NCBI GenBank assembly: GCA_951406725.2
Contig: OX597816.1
Span: 14,446,001-14,510,000 of the forward strand
Length of the DNA: 64,000 nucleotides
Direction: 5' to 3'
Origin: Octopus vulgaris
Lineage: Eukaryota
How positions within the stretch are numbered: the stretch's first letter is position 1; each line of letters opens with the position of its first letter. Under the pieces are notes generated by a model, which worked only from the letters and a program-made list of their open reading frames with translations, searched no databases and was not told the DNA's origin. Both the position numbers and the translations under genes were made by a program. Positions 12,228 to 27,071 of the stretch are shown here, piece by piece.

Positions 12228-13086
12228 TCAATTAAATTGAGAATTATGTTTGGTAATTCTCAATTTAATTTTGTGAAAAATATTGTAATTTCTGAAATAA
12301 GTGTATCAGTTATTTATTTAATATTTATTTATATATTTATTTAACTATTTATTTGTATATTTATTTATTTTTGCTATATTCTGTAATTTCTAAGAATAAA
12401 TTAACTAAATAAATATAAAAATGTAAAAGAATTCTTTGGAAATAAATTCGAAATCACACCTTTTCAGTATTACCCCGCTCCAGAACCTAAACCTTAAAAA
12501 TCAATGCCAATCTGTTTTGCTTTTGGTACTTGTTAATTTTTATAATTTATTATAAACCTAGACAAGGAGACTAACCCTTCTTGTGAAACTTTTGTGATTC
12601 TTTGATTATTTGGTACTCCAGGTTTCTCTCGTTAGTAAAATCAGCTTGATTGCGCTTTGGGCAAACATGGGCTAATAAACAAAAATTTCTTGTATTTGTT
12701 GAGTTAATTTTAAATGATATATGGAAAGAAAATACGAGAAAAAGAGAGTGAAAGAAAATCTGTAAGAAATATAATAAAAATGTTAAAAAAATAAATAAAA
12801 ATTGTATATTTTGGAAAGTTGTAGATCGTTATTTTTAAAATCGTTCTTATTTTCACCTCCATATTTTTAAAAATCATATTCACGACAGAATCCATATCTC
12901 ATGTTTTTTCATCTTCATATTTGGATCGGTAGAGCACAAGACAAAATGCCGTGCGTTATGTATTGTAGTTACGTCATTTTTGTTCTAAGTTGAAGTCCCT
13001 GACAAGTCGATTTAATTACTAGTCAAGTATTGTCGTTAATTCTCTCATCTATACACTTCCAAACATGCAGTTATTATTATTATTAT

Positions 13087-13661
13087 GAGAGAGAGCAGTG
13101 CATGCCATCAAAGTGACACTGGTGTAAAATATACGAAGCCCAGTATACCCATTATGACTACCCGTCTGATAAGGGTGCACCAGGCACATGCATCACAACC
13201 ATATGTGCGCGACGTGGTGATCTCATATCAAGATAAACAGTACATCACCTTGCAGGTGGGGCCCAGTTAGAATTTTCTTCAGATCAAGTAGCCCATCCCG
13301 CTCAAAGGGTCCCTGAATAAGGCTTCTTTAAGGATGTTGAAAGAAACACTTATGTTTCCAAAGGTGAATTATCCAAACCCCAAAGAATTCCTCTCAACAC
13401 ATGGCTATGATGCACCCCCACTACTTCTGCTTGTGATCAGAGATGCACATATCGTCAGTCACTAAGGGACATGCTCAACTGGTTAAGGTCAAACAACTGA
13501 CAAGCAAATCTGTGGCATTGAGCAGAATATTTGCTGTAGCCTATCTTTTATACCAAGACAAAACAATATACATGATAACACTTCCAATCAGTTAAAATCA
13601 GAAGCTACGTGAGCCACTGCCTTGTACTGCATCAGGGCAAATTATGGTACCGCACGAGGGC
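13087..13661 (-). mobile_element. About 575-bp non-coding interspersed element embedded in (TTA)n
   Basis: Sharp-edged, GC-richer block flanked on both sides by TTA repeats, with a duplicated terminus (GTACTGCATCAGGGCAAATTAT / GGTACCGCACGAGGGCAAATTAT). Orientation is inferred. Confidence 0.55.
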
Positions 13662-14529
13662 AAATTATTATTATTATTATCATCATCATCATCATCATCA
13701 TCATAACTAACAGCTGGACACAGTCTCACGTATTTGCTAATAACTAAAACAAACATAACCACATGAATTCGTTATATAATTTCTGTATATATGCTTATAT
13801 ATAAAAGAATATTCCCAATAATGACGCAATGTAATAAGTGTGTACGATAAGCTTTCGGGTTGGCTTACCACTAAAACCTCGACTTGAACTGCAACTAAAA
13901 CATAGGTGTGTTGTAATGTCCTAGCAAAAATGACTATTAGTGGTTCATCATTGAGCAGGTAGATATATATTAGGGAGAAAGGATGAACAAGCAAAACATA
14001 TGGCATCACCTTAAAGCATGTAATTATAATTCGAACATAATTGCAGAATAGAATAAATAAAGGATTCAGAATGAATGCATTAAATCTCTTACAGCTGTTT
14101 CTTGAATAGTTGTGCATGTGGGGGATTGAACAGTGAGAAAATATTTCCATATAAGCCAACTACTACCTCTTTCAAAACGAAGAGACTTTATGCATTATTT
14201 CTTAATCCCTTGTTTACTCTATCCACCCTGCAATCATGTTTGAATTATAAATTAAACGCCCAAAAGTGTTGCCACATGTTTTACTAGCTCATATTTTCTT
14301 TCTTTCTAATATATGTTCTTATATATTTATTTCCTATGCAGTCTTGCTCCAGCATATCACCCTCAAAATATCCATGCACCTGAATTCTGTAATTAAAAAA
14401 ACAAATACAAAAATACTACAATTCGCTAAACAAACTTGATCTATGCCCATAGTGATGGATAACTGGACGGACAACTAGATAATGATTAGAGAAGTAAATA
14501 GGTAGATATATAGTGATGATATTGTTGCA

Positions 14530-14830
14530 TTTTTAAAATAAAGAAATTTTTCCTGGTGTGCAAATTCTGCTACATATAGCGTTGCAAGTTACAAGAGTTG
14601 CAGTAATATTTCTATTCCTGTGTATGCAGAAATTAATTTTGGAAAATGGATTTAAATACATGTTATTTATAGGTAGAAAGTGACAGATATACATGGGTGA
14701 GTAAACGTGATGATATAACGTCCGTGCTTTTGCCACAGCATTAGTTTGAAAATTGTTAAAAACTGATATCAAAATTTTGTAGTTTAGTATACCTGCTAGT
14801 AAACGGCAAGGGGAAATAACTTTGATCGTG
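14530..14830 (-). mobile_element. Possible very decayed Helitron Pif1-type helicase C-terminus
   Basis: Broken frames give PMYICHFLPINN (cf. PxxLCFAMTINK), GIEI (GIDL) and LYVA/SRICTPGKISLF (QLYVACSRVGTP..LFI) in the correct order. Confidence 0.25.
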
Positions 14831-14970
14831 TGCATGATGACAGTCAATAAAGATTATACGTATTTAAAATATGCATACATTTATTCATACATATACACAT
14901 AAATATATGTGTGTGTATATAAATGTGTGCGTATACATGTATAAGTACATATACATAAATAAATATATAT

Positions 14971-15002
<32 letters not shown>

Positions 15003-15073
15003 AAATATATGTTCATATATGTGAGTGTTTCTATGTATATATGTATATATGTATCTATCTATCTATCTATCTA

Positions 15074-15112
<39 letters not shown>

Positions 15113-15113
15113 G

Positions 15114-15176
<63 letters not shown>

Positions 15177-15395
15177 GTTATTATTATATATATATATATG
15201 TGTGTGTGTGTTGAGAGAGAGAGAGAGAGATCAGCAAAATCCAATAACATTTGAAAATCAATTAAGGTTGTTCCTTGTCTTGTCAGTCTACGGAGAAATA
15301 GCTTAATCACCTCTGTATATAATCTACTACAGAACTTATAAATATATATTTATAAATACATATGTCTGTGTGTAATTATATATATATATATATAC

Positions 15396-15491
15396 ATCAA
15401 GGGCTATTACTATAAGTATCGCCACACGCTTTAAGGGGACTCTAAATTCCCCTTACGGCGTGTGGCGTTACTTATAGTAATAGCCATTGAT
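15396..15491. repeat. 96-bp near-perfect inverted repeat in (TA)n
   Basis: ATCAAGGGCTATTACTATAAGTATCGCCACACGCTTTAAGGGGA / TCCCCTTACGGCGTGTGGCGTTACTTATAGTAATAGCCATTGAT with an 8-nt loop. Confidence 0.9.
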
Positions 15492-15583
15492 ATAAAAATG
15501 TATTTCATGTATAAAGAAAAAAATTATATACTTTGTATTAATTTTTTCCTTAATAGTCTTACACGCTGAATACTTCATAAAAT

Positions 15584-15641
<58 letters not shown>

Positions 15642-15729
15642 TGCACTATATACATACATTATAAGCGGTTCCATATTCTTCTATTGCATTTAAAATCTAA
15701 TGGACACGAAAAAGCATGGTATTATAATG

Positions 15730-16200
15730 ATTTTTATAAGATTTCAGAAAACAAATGTGACCGGTGCATGGTCACTCGAACAAGTTCTTAGTTTAGGTTA
15801 CCAAATGTCCTGCAGCAGAATTCTCTCTCGACATCTATCGACGTATATGGAATGGTCAGGAGTTTTGTAACAATAAAAAATATTCAGTATTACTGTTTTC
15901 AATTTTTGTTGCGAATATTTCGCTTTTCCTTTTGAAGTTTCACAAAAATCTCAACTCGTTTGTCTAATAATACTTTTGATATTTCAGCGTTATCAGCTTT
16001 AACAGCAACCTCTAGCTTTTCAACGTCGGAGCTGTATATGCAGTTAACCGTTTGTTAAATATCTTCTTTCTTCACAAGAAATAGATTTAAAAGGTACACC
16101 AAAAGGGTGAATCAAAACTTTTACTTTGCAGAAGAAATTAACGTAAACATCCCTAATACCACTGCCAAGCATTTGTCACCTTTTTTCTTCTATTTTCGAA
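15730..16200 (-). mobile_element. hAT transposase remnant (C-terminal dimerisation domain); may extend to about 17120 beyond the SINE
   Basis: LLTIPYTSIDVEREF...LVRVTMHRSHL at about 15750-15862 matches the hAT motif LLTIPxTSxxVERxFS...LRxTMxxxRL. Confidence 0.45.
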
Positions 16201-16206
16201 AAAAAT

Positions 16207-16370
16207 GCGCAGGAGTGGCTGTGTGGTAAGTAGCTTGCTTACCAACCACATGGTTCCGGGTTCAGACCCACTGCGTGGCACCTTGGGCAAGGGTCTTCTA
16301 CTATAGCCTCGGGCCGACCGAAGCTTTGTCAATGGATTTGGTAGACGGAAACTGAAAGAAGCCCGTCGTG

Positions 16371-16469
<99 letters not shown>

Positions 16470-16656
16470 GTTTGTCCCCCAACAGCGCTTGTCAACCGAT
16501 GGTGGTGTGTTTGTGTTCCCGTAACTTAGCAGTTCAGCAAAAGAGACCGACAGAATACTACTAGGCTTACAAAGAATAAGTCCTGGGGTCGATTTGCTCG
16601 ACTAAAGGCGGTGCTCCAGCATGGCCACAGTCAAATGACTGAAACAAGTAAAAGAG
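16207..16656 (+). mobile_element. SINE family A, full length
   Basis: tRNA-like head GCGCAGGAGTGGCTGTGTGGTAAG...GGGTTCAGACCC, internal (TA)n(TG)n(TCTG)n, conserved 3' module and AAAAGAG tail. Confidence 0.92.
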
Positions 16657-17198
16657 TTCCACTAAAGAGCTACTCAATAGTAGGCTGACATCTAATTAGT
16701 ATAATAACTGCTTCTTTAAGTTGAGATACATTATCTTCCAGGCGAATCCCACAGTTAATTTGGTTTTTCAATACAGGCATTACGTATGATACAGAGATGG
16801 CTATTATAAAGGTGAGTTTAACTTGATGGAATTTACAGTAAAGTATGCATTCTCATCAAAATCAAAGTTTATTCTCGATTGTTAAATATTCTCCCCATCT
16901 GTTATCCGTTCCAGCGATGCAATTATATCCCAAACTATCACAAATATTTACTTTTCAACATGAATATTATCCATACTTTCCTATTGCTGTCAATGATAAA
17001 TTTCTTTAGGTAATACTCGCATCGAAAACTCTTAGTTTCGATTTTTATAAACCGCATTAGAATTAAAGATAGAACACCGTTTCGTCTAAGACAAAAATCT
17101 TTAACTAGTTGCTAACATTTTCCATGATGTTCTTAAACATATATGTATAAATTATTGAATTTTGAAGAGAGTTTTCGAAAGAATCTTGTATTTTCCTT

Positions 17199-17360
17199 GC
17201 GCGGCAGGGCTTCTATGTGAGCAAGTCGCTTTGCAACAGCATGGTCTCTGATTCTGTCCCACTGTGTGGCACCTTGGCCAACTGACTTCAATTATAGCCA
17301 CAAGACGACCAATACCTTCTGTCTGAATTTGGTAGACGTAAACTATGTGAAAGCATGTGT
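17199..17360 (+). mobile_element. SINE family A, degenerate 5' half
   Basis: GTCCCACTGTGTGGCACCTTGG...GAATTTGGTAGACG.AAACT. Confidence 0.65.
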
Positions 17361-17434
17361 GTGTGTGTGTGAAAGAGAGAGAGAGAGCGAGAGAGAGAGG
17401 GAGACCGTGTATGCGCGTGTGCATATATATATGC

Positions 17435-17494
<60 letters not shown>

Positions 17495-17545
17495 GTTTGT
17501 ATATATGGTATATATGTATGATACACACACACACACACACACACA

Positions 17546-17581
<36 letters not shown>

Positions 17582-17582
<1 letters not shown>

Positions 17583-17956
17583 TAGCAGTATCGCCCGGCG
17601 TTGCTCAGGTTTGTAAGGGAAATAACTATAAAGCATTTTTAGAGAGTTATAGCCAAAAAATAGCAAAAAAATGGAAAAAAATGATGGTAATTTTTTTTTT
17701 AGTTAAAATAGGTGGAGTTGCGTCCCCTAGACAGTTTGTGTTTCTGATTCTGGACCCCATGTCGAATTTATCGATTATTTTCAGAACTGGGGGAACTTTT
17801 CAAAATGTTCGCTGCGTTAGTTTTGAATTATGACATTGGGCTATGTGTGTGTCAAGTTTCATCAGAATCGGTTGAAAGCCGTGGTCAGGGTGAAGGTACA
17901 AGCAAACAGACACACAGAAACACGCACAGACAAACTGCCGTTTATATAGAGAGAGA
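17582..17956 (-). mobile_element. Non-autonomous Helitron
   Basis: Minus strand begins TC(TCTC)TATATAAA..GTCTGTG and ends with hairpin CCTGAGCAACGCCGGG followed by CTAG; sits between A and T with no TSD. Confidence 0.75.
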
Positions 17957-17963
17957 TATATAA

Positions 17964-18690
<727 letters not shown>

Positions 18691-18958
18691 TGTGTATATA
18701 CAGACATACATACACTTGAGCACTGGGGTCGATGTAATCAACTTACGCTCCTCTGAAATTGCCGGCCTTGTGCCAAAATTTGAAACTAATATGTAAGAAA
18801 CTGTTATAGTCCAAAAAAGTATAAAAGTTGAATAAAGTGTATGATGTTCGGAGCATGAGGTGTACAATTTGTGTGAGGTTAAGACTAGAGAATTAAACAG
18901 TATGATGAAGAATACCTCCTGAGATGAATAAAAATGGATGAAACAAAAATAAGCTCAA

Positions 18959-19038
18959 TACGAAGAGATACGAAGAGATACGAAGAGGTACGAAGAGATA
19001 CGAAGAGATACGAAGAGATACGAAGAGATACCAAGAGA
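18959..19038. repeat. 10-bp tandem repeat (TACGAAGAGA) x about 8
   Basis: Direct reading. Confidence 0.95.
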
Positions 19039-19465
19039 AACAAATATGTTGTGATGAGTTTACAGCCATATTGTACAGGTATTTTAATGTTAAAATAATC
19101 TGAAGAAAATTAACAGTTCTGAAATATTTGGGGATTTATCGAGAAGTTTAAAATATTTTAAGACAGTCCAGGTTAGTTGGATCCCCAGAAACACATACAT
19201 ACTTGCATGCATACATGCATATATACATATATACAATACATACATTTATACATACATGCATTGTATTTGTGTATGTATGTGAATATATCCCCTTCTTTTT
19301 GTATGTACCTGATGTGACACAAACTGCACAGATTGATGCGACACAATTAGGAGCACAAATTCCTACCAATAACGGACAGTTGAAGGTTTTTGTCGAAACG
19401 ATCGTAGTACTCAATAAAGACTAGAGTCAAATCTATCTTCCGTTTCCTTCAGCAATTATTATCAC

Positions 19466-19543
<78 letters not shown>

Positions 19544-19908
19544 CAGTTTAAATCTGTTCCACATGACTTGAAGTGACACATAGGGCACGACCTTTTTAAT
19601 AGGTGCTAGAACCCTGACGGATAAGTTTAAGTCGTGAGGGTACCAAATGTATTGAGTGCTACTTTCATCTTTCATTTGCGCACTCCTTCGCATCTGCGTA
19701 CACGTACGTATATGTATAGTATCTATACGTGCGCCGTTCAAACTAAGGAAATATAAGCAGGGAAGAGGAAGCAACTCTTTACATATTAGCTAGTGTGAAA
19801 AGTGTTTAGTATAATGCTAGTGAAATCTGCATTATATAAGCTTGTACAACCGTGTTATCCATTCTTACCTCCCTTATCTATCTTCCTTCTCTGCTCTTCT
19901 CTCCTATT

Positions 19909-20056
<148 letters not shown>

Positions 20057-21172
20057 CAAACATACATACACACATACATACATATGTTTGTGTGTATTAT
20101 GCATTAAGAGACTCTGAAGCAATGCATGGGATAAGTAAGCAAAATATATAAAGTGATGCAAATGAATAAAAAAGTCGAGATACTTTATCAACCTATACAG
20201 GTTGTTTCTACAATAGCAAATAGAAAATAGTCCAAGAAGTCAGAGAAAAAGTCTTATTTTGGGCTTGCCACACTGATGGGCTGTGACAACACACTAGACT
20301 GGCCTGCTGATGATAAAAGGGAGACGTCCTCGAATTATAAAGCAAGCATTAAGCAACGTATACAGCCATATTTAAATTTATGCGTAACTTTTCACATACA
20401 CTGCTTAAAGCTCTTCGCGAAAAGTATATATCATTTACATTAGGATTATTTAAGAGGCTTGATACAACAGATATACAAGTTTTTGTACATATTTTCATAA
20501 CCATAACGTCAATTTACGTTGAAATATGATACACAAAAAACAATTGGTTTCTAAGCCACTCCGACCTCTAAAGCTAGGCAAAGTACTGTGAGAGTTATGT
20601 CCCTTGTCTGCCTCTGCATGGGACATAACTCATGATTACTCCACTTTCTTAACTACATATGTACGACTACAAATTTATGTTTGTAAACGCACACATGTAA
20701 GTTTATGTGCGTAACTGCACATAAAAAAATTGAAGGCGACACGGATAATCTATATATTCAGTTCAATAAATATCTGACATACATCTTAGTAAAACCAAAC
20801 GATCAAAGGCAGCAGTTGTTCTATCGTAATATAAATTCAGACCTACAGAGACAAATCCAAACCGTGTTCACAAATAATGTGCGCAGCATCTAATAAACAC
20901 TATTATAAACGCACAATAAAAAATATAAGCCGGTAGAGGAAAACAAATTTAAAACTTCAAAGGGAAATAACTCTTAGATTATACTTCAGACATATTTGAA
21001 TTCTGATGGATATTCAATGAATAAAAAGAAAAAAACCTGAAAAGTAAATGTTTAAATACAAAGTTTTATTGTGTGTGTGTGTGTGTGGGGGGGGTCTTTG
21101 TGCGTGTGTGAAAGTTTACAATATAATATAGACTAATGGTTGAATTTAAAAGACAAATGATATAGATAGATA

Positions 21173-21568
21173 CTCTTTTACTTGTTTCAATCATTTGACT
21201 GTGGCCATGTTGGAGCACCGCCTTTAGTCGAACAAATCGACCCCAGGACCTATTCTTTGTGAGCCTAGTACTTATTCTATCTCACTTTTTTGCCAAACCG
21301 CTAAGTTACGGGCACGTAGACACATCAGCATCGGTTGTCAAAACACACAAACATATACATACACACACACACACATATATATATATACGTATACATATAT
21401 ACGACGGGCTTCTTTCAGTTTCCGTGTGTCAAATCCACTAACAAGGCTTTGGTCGGTCCGAAGCTATAGTAGAAGACATTTGCCCAAAGTGCCACGCAGT
21501 GGGACTGAACCCGGAACCATGTGGTTCGTAAGCAAGCAAGCTACTTACCACACAGCCACTCCTACGCC
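21173..21568 (-). mobile_element. SINE family A
   Basis: Reverse complement of the 16207 copy, with a short internal deletion. Confidence 0.9.
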
Positions 21569-21949
21569 TAGGTATATAAGATAGGTTATATATTGGTTTC
21601 AAACTTTGACACAAGGCTAATAATTTCAAGGAAAGCGCGTGTCGATTTCATCCACCACTGTGCTTCACTGGTACAAAGCTTGCAAAAAAATTCCTCCGTT
21701 CAGGCATTGTCTAAGTCGTCCCTGGAGTTTCCAGTTGATTTTGTACAGCGTTTACTATCCTTTTAATCGCTATATATACTTGCGTTATATTGTAACGTTG
21801 CAAATTTCTTGGATTTTAAAAGATTTTAAAAGCCTGTCATTATTTAAACGGACCTTACATGTATCTCGTTGTTGCATCAATTACACACAGAGCACTCACT
21901 GCTAACCCTATTCTACCTCTGCAAGATACTTAGGATCATTCACTAATAT

Positions 21950-22325
21950 GCTTTTGACATTTGGCGCACAGATGAACGAGACCCTTAAGTTATGCCTATT
22001 GAAGTAGACATTGTTAGCCTACCTGAATTCAAGAAGGGACATATTCAGTTACTGCCCGTATGATAGAAAATTCGTTTTGGCAAATACGCAGGCATAGCTG
22101 AGATCGAAACTGAGTAGATGCCTCTTTCTTCCATCTCGGAAATTGCTACAATTTTCCGGCACAATTTTTTTCCCATTGTTGCCTACCACCGAGCGTACAA
22201 AAACCTTGAATTCACCTCCAGCGTAAAAGAACCTCTGCACTACCGGTCATTATAGGTAAAGGCAATAGTTGGCGTGAAAATGTCGGTAACATTCTGATGG
22301 GTTATATGCCATAACCAGGAATCTA
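21950..22325 (-). mobile_element. LINE AP-endonuclease fragment (RTE/L2-type), decayed
   Basis: AYNPS (cf. AYAPT), AGGEFKVFV (GDFNAxV) and RHLLSFDLSYACVFAKTNF (RLLxFCxxxxLxIANTxF) in the expected order. Confidence 0.45.
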
Positions 22326-22357
22326 TTGTACTTAGATAAATAGACAGACAGACTGAC

Positions 22358-22414
<57 letters not shown>

Positions 22415-22896
22415 CATACATACATACATACATACATACATACATACATACATACATACATAAACGTGTATATCTATTTATAAACGCGCACACACATATT
22501 TATAAATGTATATGAATATACATACATGTATACATCTGCATAATTGTTAATATACATACAATATACAAGCATATTCTCAAACTCTCTTATTTATGATAAT
22601 TTTCAACGCTGTCTTCATGGAATGTCTTGGTACGTTCAAGCGTATAAAACTAAACATTCCAATCATATATCGAGAAATTACTTTGTCTCTTCTAGATAAC
22701 AAACAAAAAAAATAACAAAAAAGCAGAAATAATAATAATAATACTAAAGAGAAAATTATGGCTGCCATTTCCTGTAATTTACCAGTGCCATCAGTACGGT
22801 TCATCGGGTTTTTTTCTTTTATCTTCACGGTATTCTGTTCATTGGCATTTGCAGCTAGAGCCATTTGGCTCCTGGATACAAGTATTCACATGTACA

Positions 22897-23003
<107 letters not shown>

Positions 23004-23075
23004 GTATATATAGGTATATACATGTGTATATACAATTATATATATATATATGTATACATAAATATATATATATAT

Positions 23076-23475
23076 TCTTTTTGTTCTTTTATTGTTTTAC
23101 TTGTTTCAGTCATTTAACTGTGGCCATACTGAAGCACGGCCTTTTAGTCGAACAAATCGACCCCACGACTTATTCTTTGTAAGCTTGGTACTTATTCTAT
23201 CGGTCTCTTTTGTCGAACCGCTAAGCGACGGGCAAATAAACATACTAACCTCGGACGTGAAGCGACGATGGTAAGACAAACACACGCACACACATAAATA
23301 TATACATATATATTCGACGAGCTTCTTTCAGTTTCTGTCTCTCAAATCCACCCACAAAGCTTTGGTCGGCCCGAGGCTATAGGAGAAGACACTTGCCCAA
23401 GGTGCCGCGCAGTGGGACTGAACCCAGAACTATGTGGTTGGGATGCCTGCTTCTTATCACAGCCACGTCTGCACC
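23076..23475 (-). mobile_element. SINE family A
   Basis: Full reverse-complement match to the A consensus. Confidence 0.88.
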
Positions 23476-23486
23476 AATACATATAT

Positions 23487-24330
23487 ATTGTGTCATCCCA
23501 TAAATAATGCGTGATTTTTATACTTCTTTTATTTTTCAAAATTAAGAAAAACAAATTTCTTTTTCAATCTAAAATACACTCTCCTTCATTTTCTACAATG
23601 CCCTTCTTTCTCTCTGGTAGACATGCAAGGCCCCTCTTCCAAACTCCACTTGTCCATGACGAAAAATACTCCTCTTGTACTGTTCTAACCACGTCTACAG
23701 AATTCATATTTTTCCGACCAAATGATTTTGAAGACTGCAGAATAAAGTATAATCAGATGGGGGAATATATGGCGAATATGTTGGGTGTGGCATTGTTTCC
23801 CATTCAAAGTGCTCCAGCTTTTGGAATGCCATCCGCGCTGTATGTGGCCGAGCATTATCCTGATGGAAGAACACCATTCATCTTGAAACCAAAGATGGTC
23901 GGTTTTCTGCTAGTACTGACTTAAGCCATTCAAGCTGCTCTCAGTAGATCTTTGTTATTGTTTGGCTTGGACTTAAAAGTTCAAAGCGGTAAACCTTTCA
24001 TATCCCACCAAACAGATCACAACACTTCACATGGGTGAAGACCTTCTTTAACTTGGGGTGTCGGTGTTTTTATAGAGAATCCATTTCTCATCACCAGTGC
24101 CTCTTCGGTCCAAAAAAAGATTCATTCTTGAGACGTGACAGCAAAGAAGAGCATACGGTTACTCTCTGCGCGCAATTAGACTTGGAAAGTTTGTGAGGAA
24201 CAGATTGATCCAATTTGCTGACTTTTTCGACAGCATGCAGGTGTCGATGAATGGTTGATTGACAAATACCAAGCTTCTTTGATAGTTCCTCAACAGTTAC
24301 GATGGGATTTTGTTCCACCAGGGTTTGCAG
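23487..24330 (-). mobile_element. mariner (DD34D) transposon remnant with one TIR
   Basis: HTH TVEELSKKLGICQSTIHRHL, SVPHKL (WVPHEL), HQDNARPHTA, HPTYSPYIPPSD-like motif; TIR-like TTGTGTCATCCCATAAATAATGCG after TA. Confidence 0.88.
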
Positions 24331-25672
24331 GGCTTAGGAGAATCTAACTTCCCTTCCCATAATATCACTTTACCTTTGCACATATAGTATTGGTTTGTTT
24401 TACTAAATATCTGTTTCAATCGTAATTACAACTGTGCGAAATACAGTAACATATTTAACGCAGTTAATATTAAAACGTTGGCTAGAAAGAAATATGTTGT
24501 GAAAAAAAGAAAACTAAATTAAGAACTAACCTCAATTTCAGTCTCCACTTAGTTTGGCCTATAATTCCTGATTTCTTTCGATGTTATTATAGCCTCATCA
24601 GCAGATCATAGAACGTTACCGTACTGTATCCACCATCTTAAATTCACTGAGAAATATATTGTTCATTCTCAAGAAATTTTCTCAGTCATTTTTCATGTCT
24701 TTCTTTCACTTATTCTTGTAAACCATTGTACATGTATATTGTAATTCTTTTCTTGCCAATCTTGTAAGCAGTGAAAGGGTAACTTATGCTGTAGAAGTTT
24801 AATGGCTCTAAACCATGATTGGGATCGTCATTTGAAATTACCAAGATCACATGTCACTGAGCAAATACTTCCTCATTGCTGCAGTATTATGATTGTGTTA
24901 ACTTCACATTTAAGTTAATGGAGAAGCAGAAACGACAGGAGTCCAGCATTAAATTTTTTACGCCTTTTACGTTCCTCATAGCCACCATATTGTTTTGTTT
25001 ATTTTTGCATCTCTCTGGTTTCAATATATAGAATTACAAATATATTTGACTAGATTCGAATGACTATATTTCTCTCTTACCTAACTGTAGCCATGTGCCA
25101 ATATAAATAATCATAATGTATATTAATACAAAATATACAAGGAAATATAATGCAGACATCCGAAATATACATGAATTGCTAGATTACGCTTGAGAATAAA
25201 ACACACGACCACGACAGACTCTATTTTATTTTATTTTGAGTCAAAAATATAAACAATAAACAATAATAGACAAATAAACTCTAGCTAATCTATTTTAACT
25301 ACAGCTTACATAAGATCTTAATCTACTGACAGATTAAAATCGCCAAGAAATGTGTTAAAATGCTGGCAAAATTCCTTTGAGAGTCTTCAATATCTGTGAA
25401 GGAACGGCTGTCAGTGGTCTCTTGATTGCTCTACCAGATTTCATTCAATGATGAAAGATATTCTACGCAATAGACTAGATGTAACATCATTTACTCAGTT
25501 ATCTTTTCTGTCTGTCTGTCTGTCTCTCTCTCACCTCTTTCACACTCACTCACACACGCTGTCACTCTGTTTCTCTCTTCCCCCCTTCTCTCTCTCTCTC
25601 ACACACACACATATACACACACATCTGTATCTGTCTATTTTTATTTGTGTTTTTTAAATATGCATTCACACT

Positions 25673-25719
<47 letters not shown>

Positions 25720-25870
25720 GCATGAGTGCGTGTCTTCATATGTATGTGTGTGCATGTGTGTGTGTGCGTTATGTATTATACATTGAGATGTATATGCACG
25801 CACACACACAAACACATATATATATATATTATAGACAGATGACATATGTTTGTCTATCTCACTATCTCTG

Positions 25871-26164
<294 letters not shown>

Positions 26165-26392
26165 GTGTGTGTTTGTGTGTCTTTCTGTCTGTGTTTGTCC
26201 TCCAGCCACCAATTGGCAACATGTGTTGTTATGTTTGCATTTCCGTAACTTAGCAGTTCGGCAAAAGATCTCGATAGAATAAGTACCAGGATTAAAAACA
26301 AAGTACTGAGATCGATTCATTCGATTAAAAAAAATTCTTGAGCGTTGGTGCCCCAGCGTGGTCAGAGTCTAATGACTAAAACATGTAAAAGA
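26165..26392 (+). mobile_element. SINE family A, diverged 3' half
   Basis: CCGTAACTTAGCAGTTCGGCAAAAGA..GATAGAATAAGTACC. Confidence 0.75.
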
Positions 26393-26420
26393 TTCAAGGT
26401 ATGTATATACATATATGCAC

Positions 26421-26421
<1 letters not shown>

Positions 26422-26451
<30 letters not shown>

Positions 26452-26812
26452 CATACATACATACATACATACATACATACATACTACGTACGTACATACA
26501 TACATACATACATAAATGCATACATACATACATACATACATACATAATACATACATACATACATACATGCATACATGCATACATACATACATACGTACGT
26601 ACATACATACATACATACATACATGCATACATGCATACATACATACATACATAATACATAATACATACATACATACATGCATACATGCATACATGCATAC
26701 ATACATACATACATACATACATACATACATACATGTATACATACATACATACATACATACATACATACATACATACATACATACATACATACATACATAC
26801 ATACATGCATGC

Positions 26813-26843
<31 letters not shown>

Positions 26844-27021
26844 CATACATACATACATACATACATACATACATACATACATACATACATACATACATAC
26901 ATACATACATACATACATACATACATACATACATACATACATACATACATACATACATACATACATACATACATACATACATACATACATACATACATAC
27001 ATACATACATACATACATACA

Positions 27022-27055
<34 letters not shown>

Positions 27056-27071
27056 CATACATACATACATA
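26422..27071. repeat. Long (TACA)n microsatellite
   Basis: About 650 bp of CATA units with TGCA/CGTA variants. Confidence 0.97.

Noticed and set aside
20297-20335. CUGAUGA followed by GGG..CCUCGAA
   Set aside because: No GAAA box and no stems I or III.
26362-27070. MYVC/HTYI, IY, LSIY and similar ORFs here and throughout the window
   Set aside because: Translations of (TACA)n, (TA)n, (CA)n and (GATA)n microsatellites.
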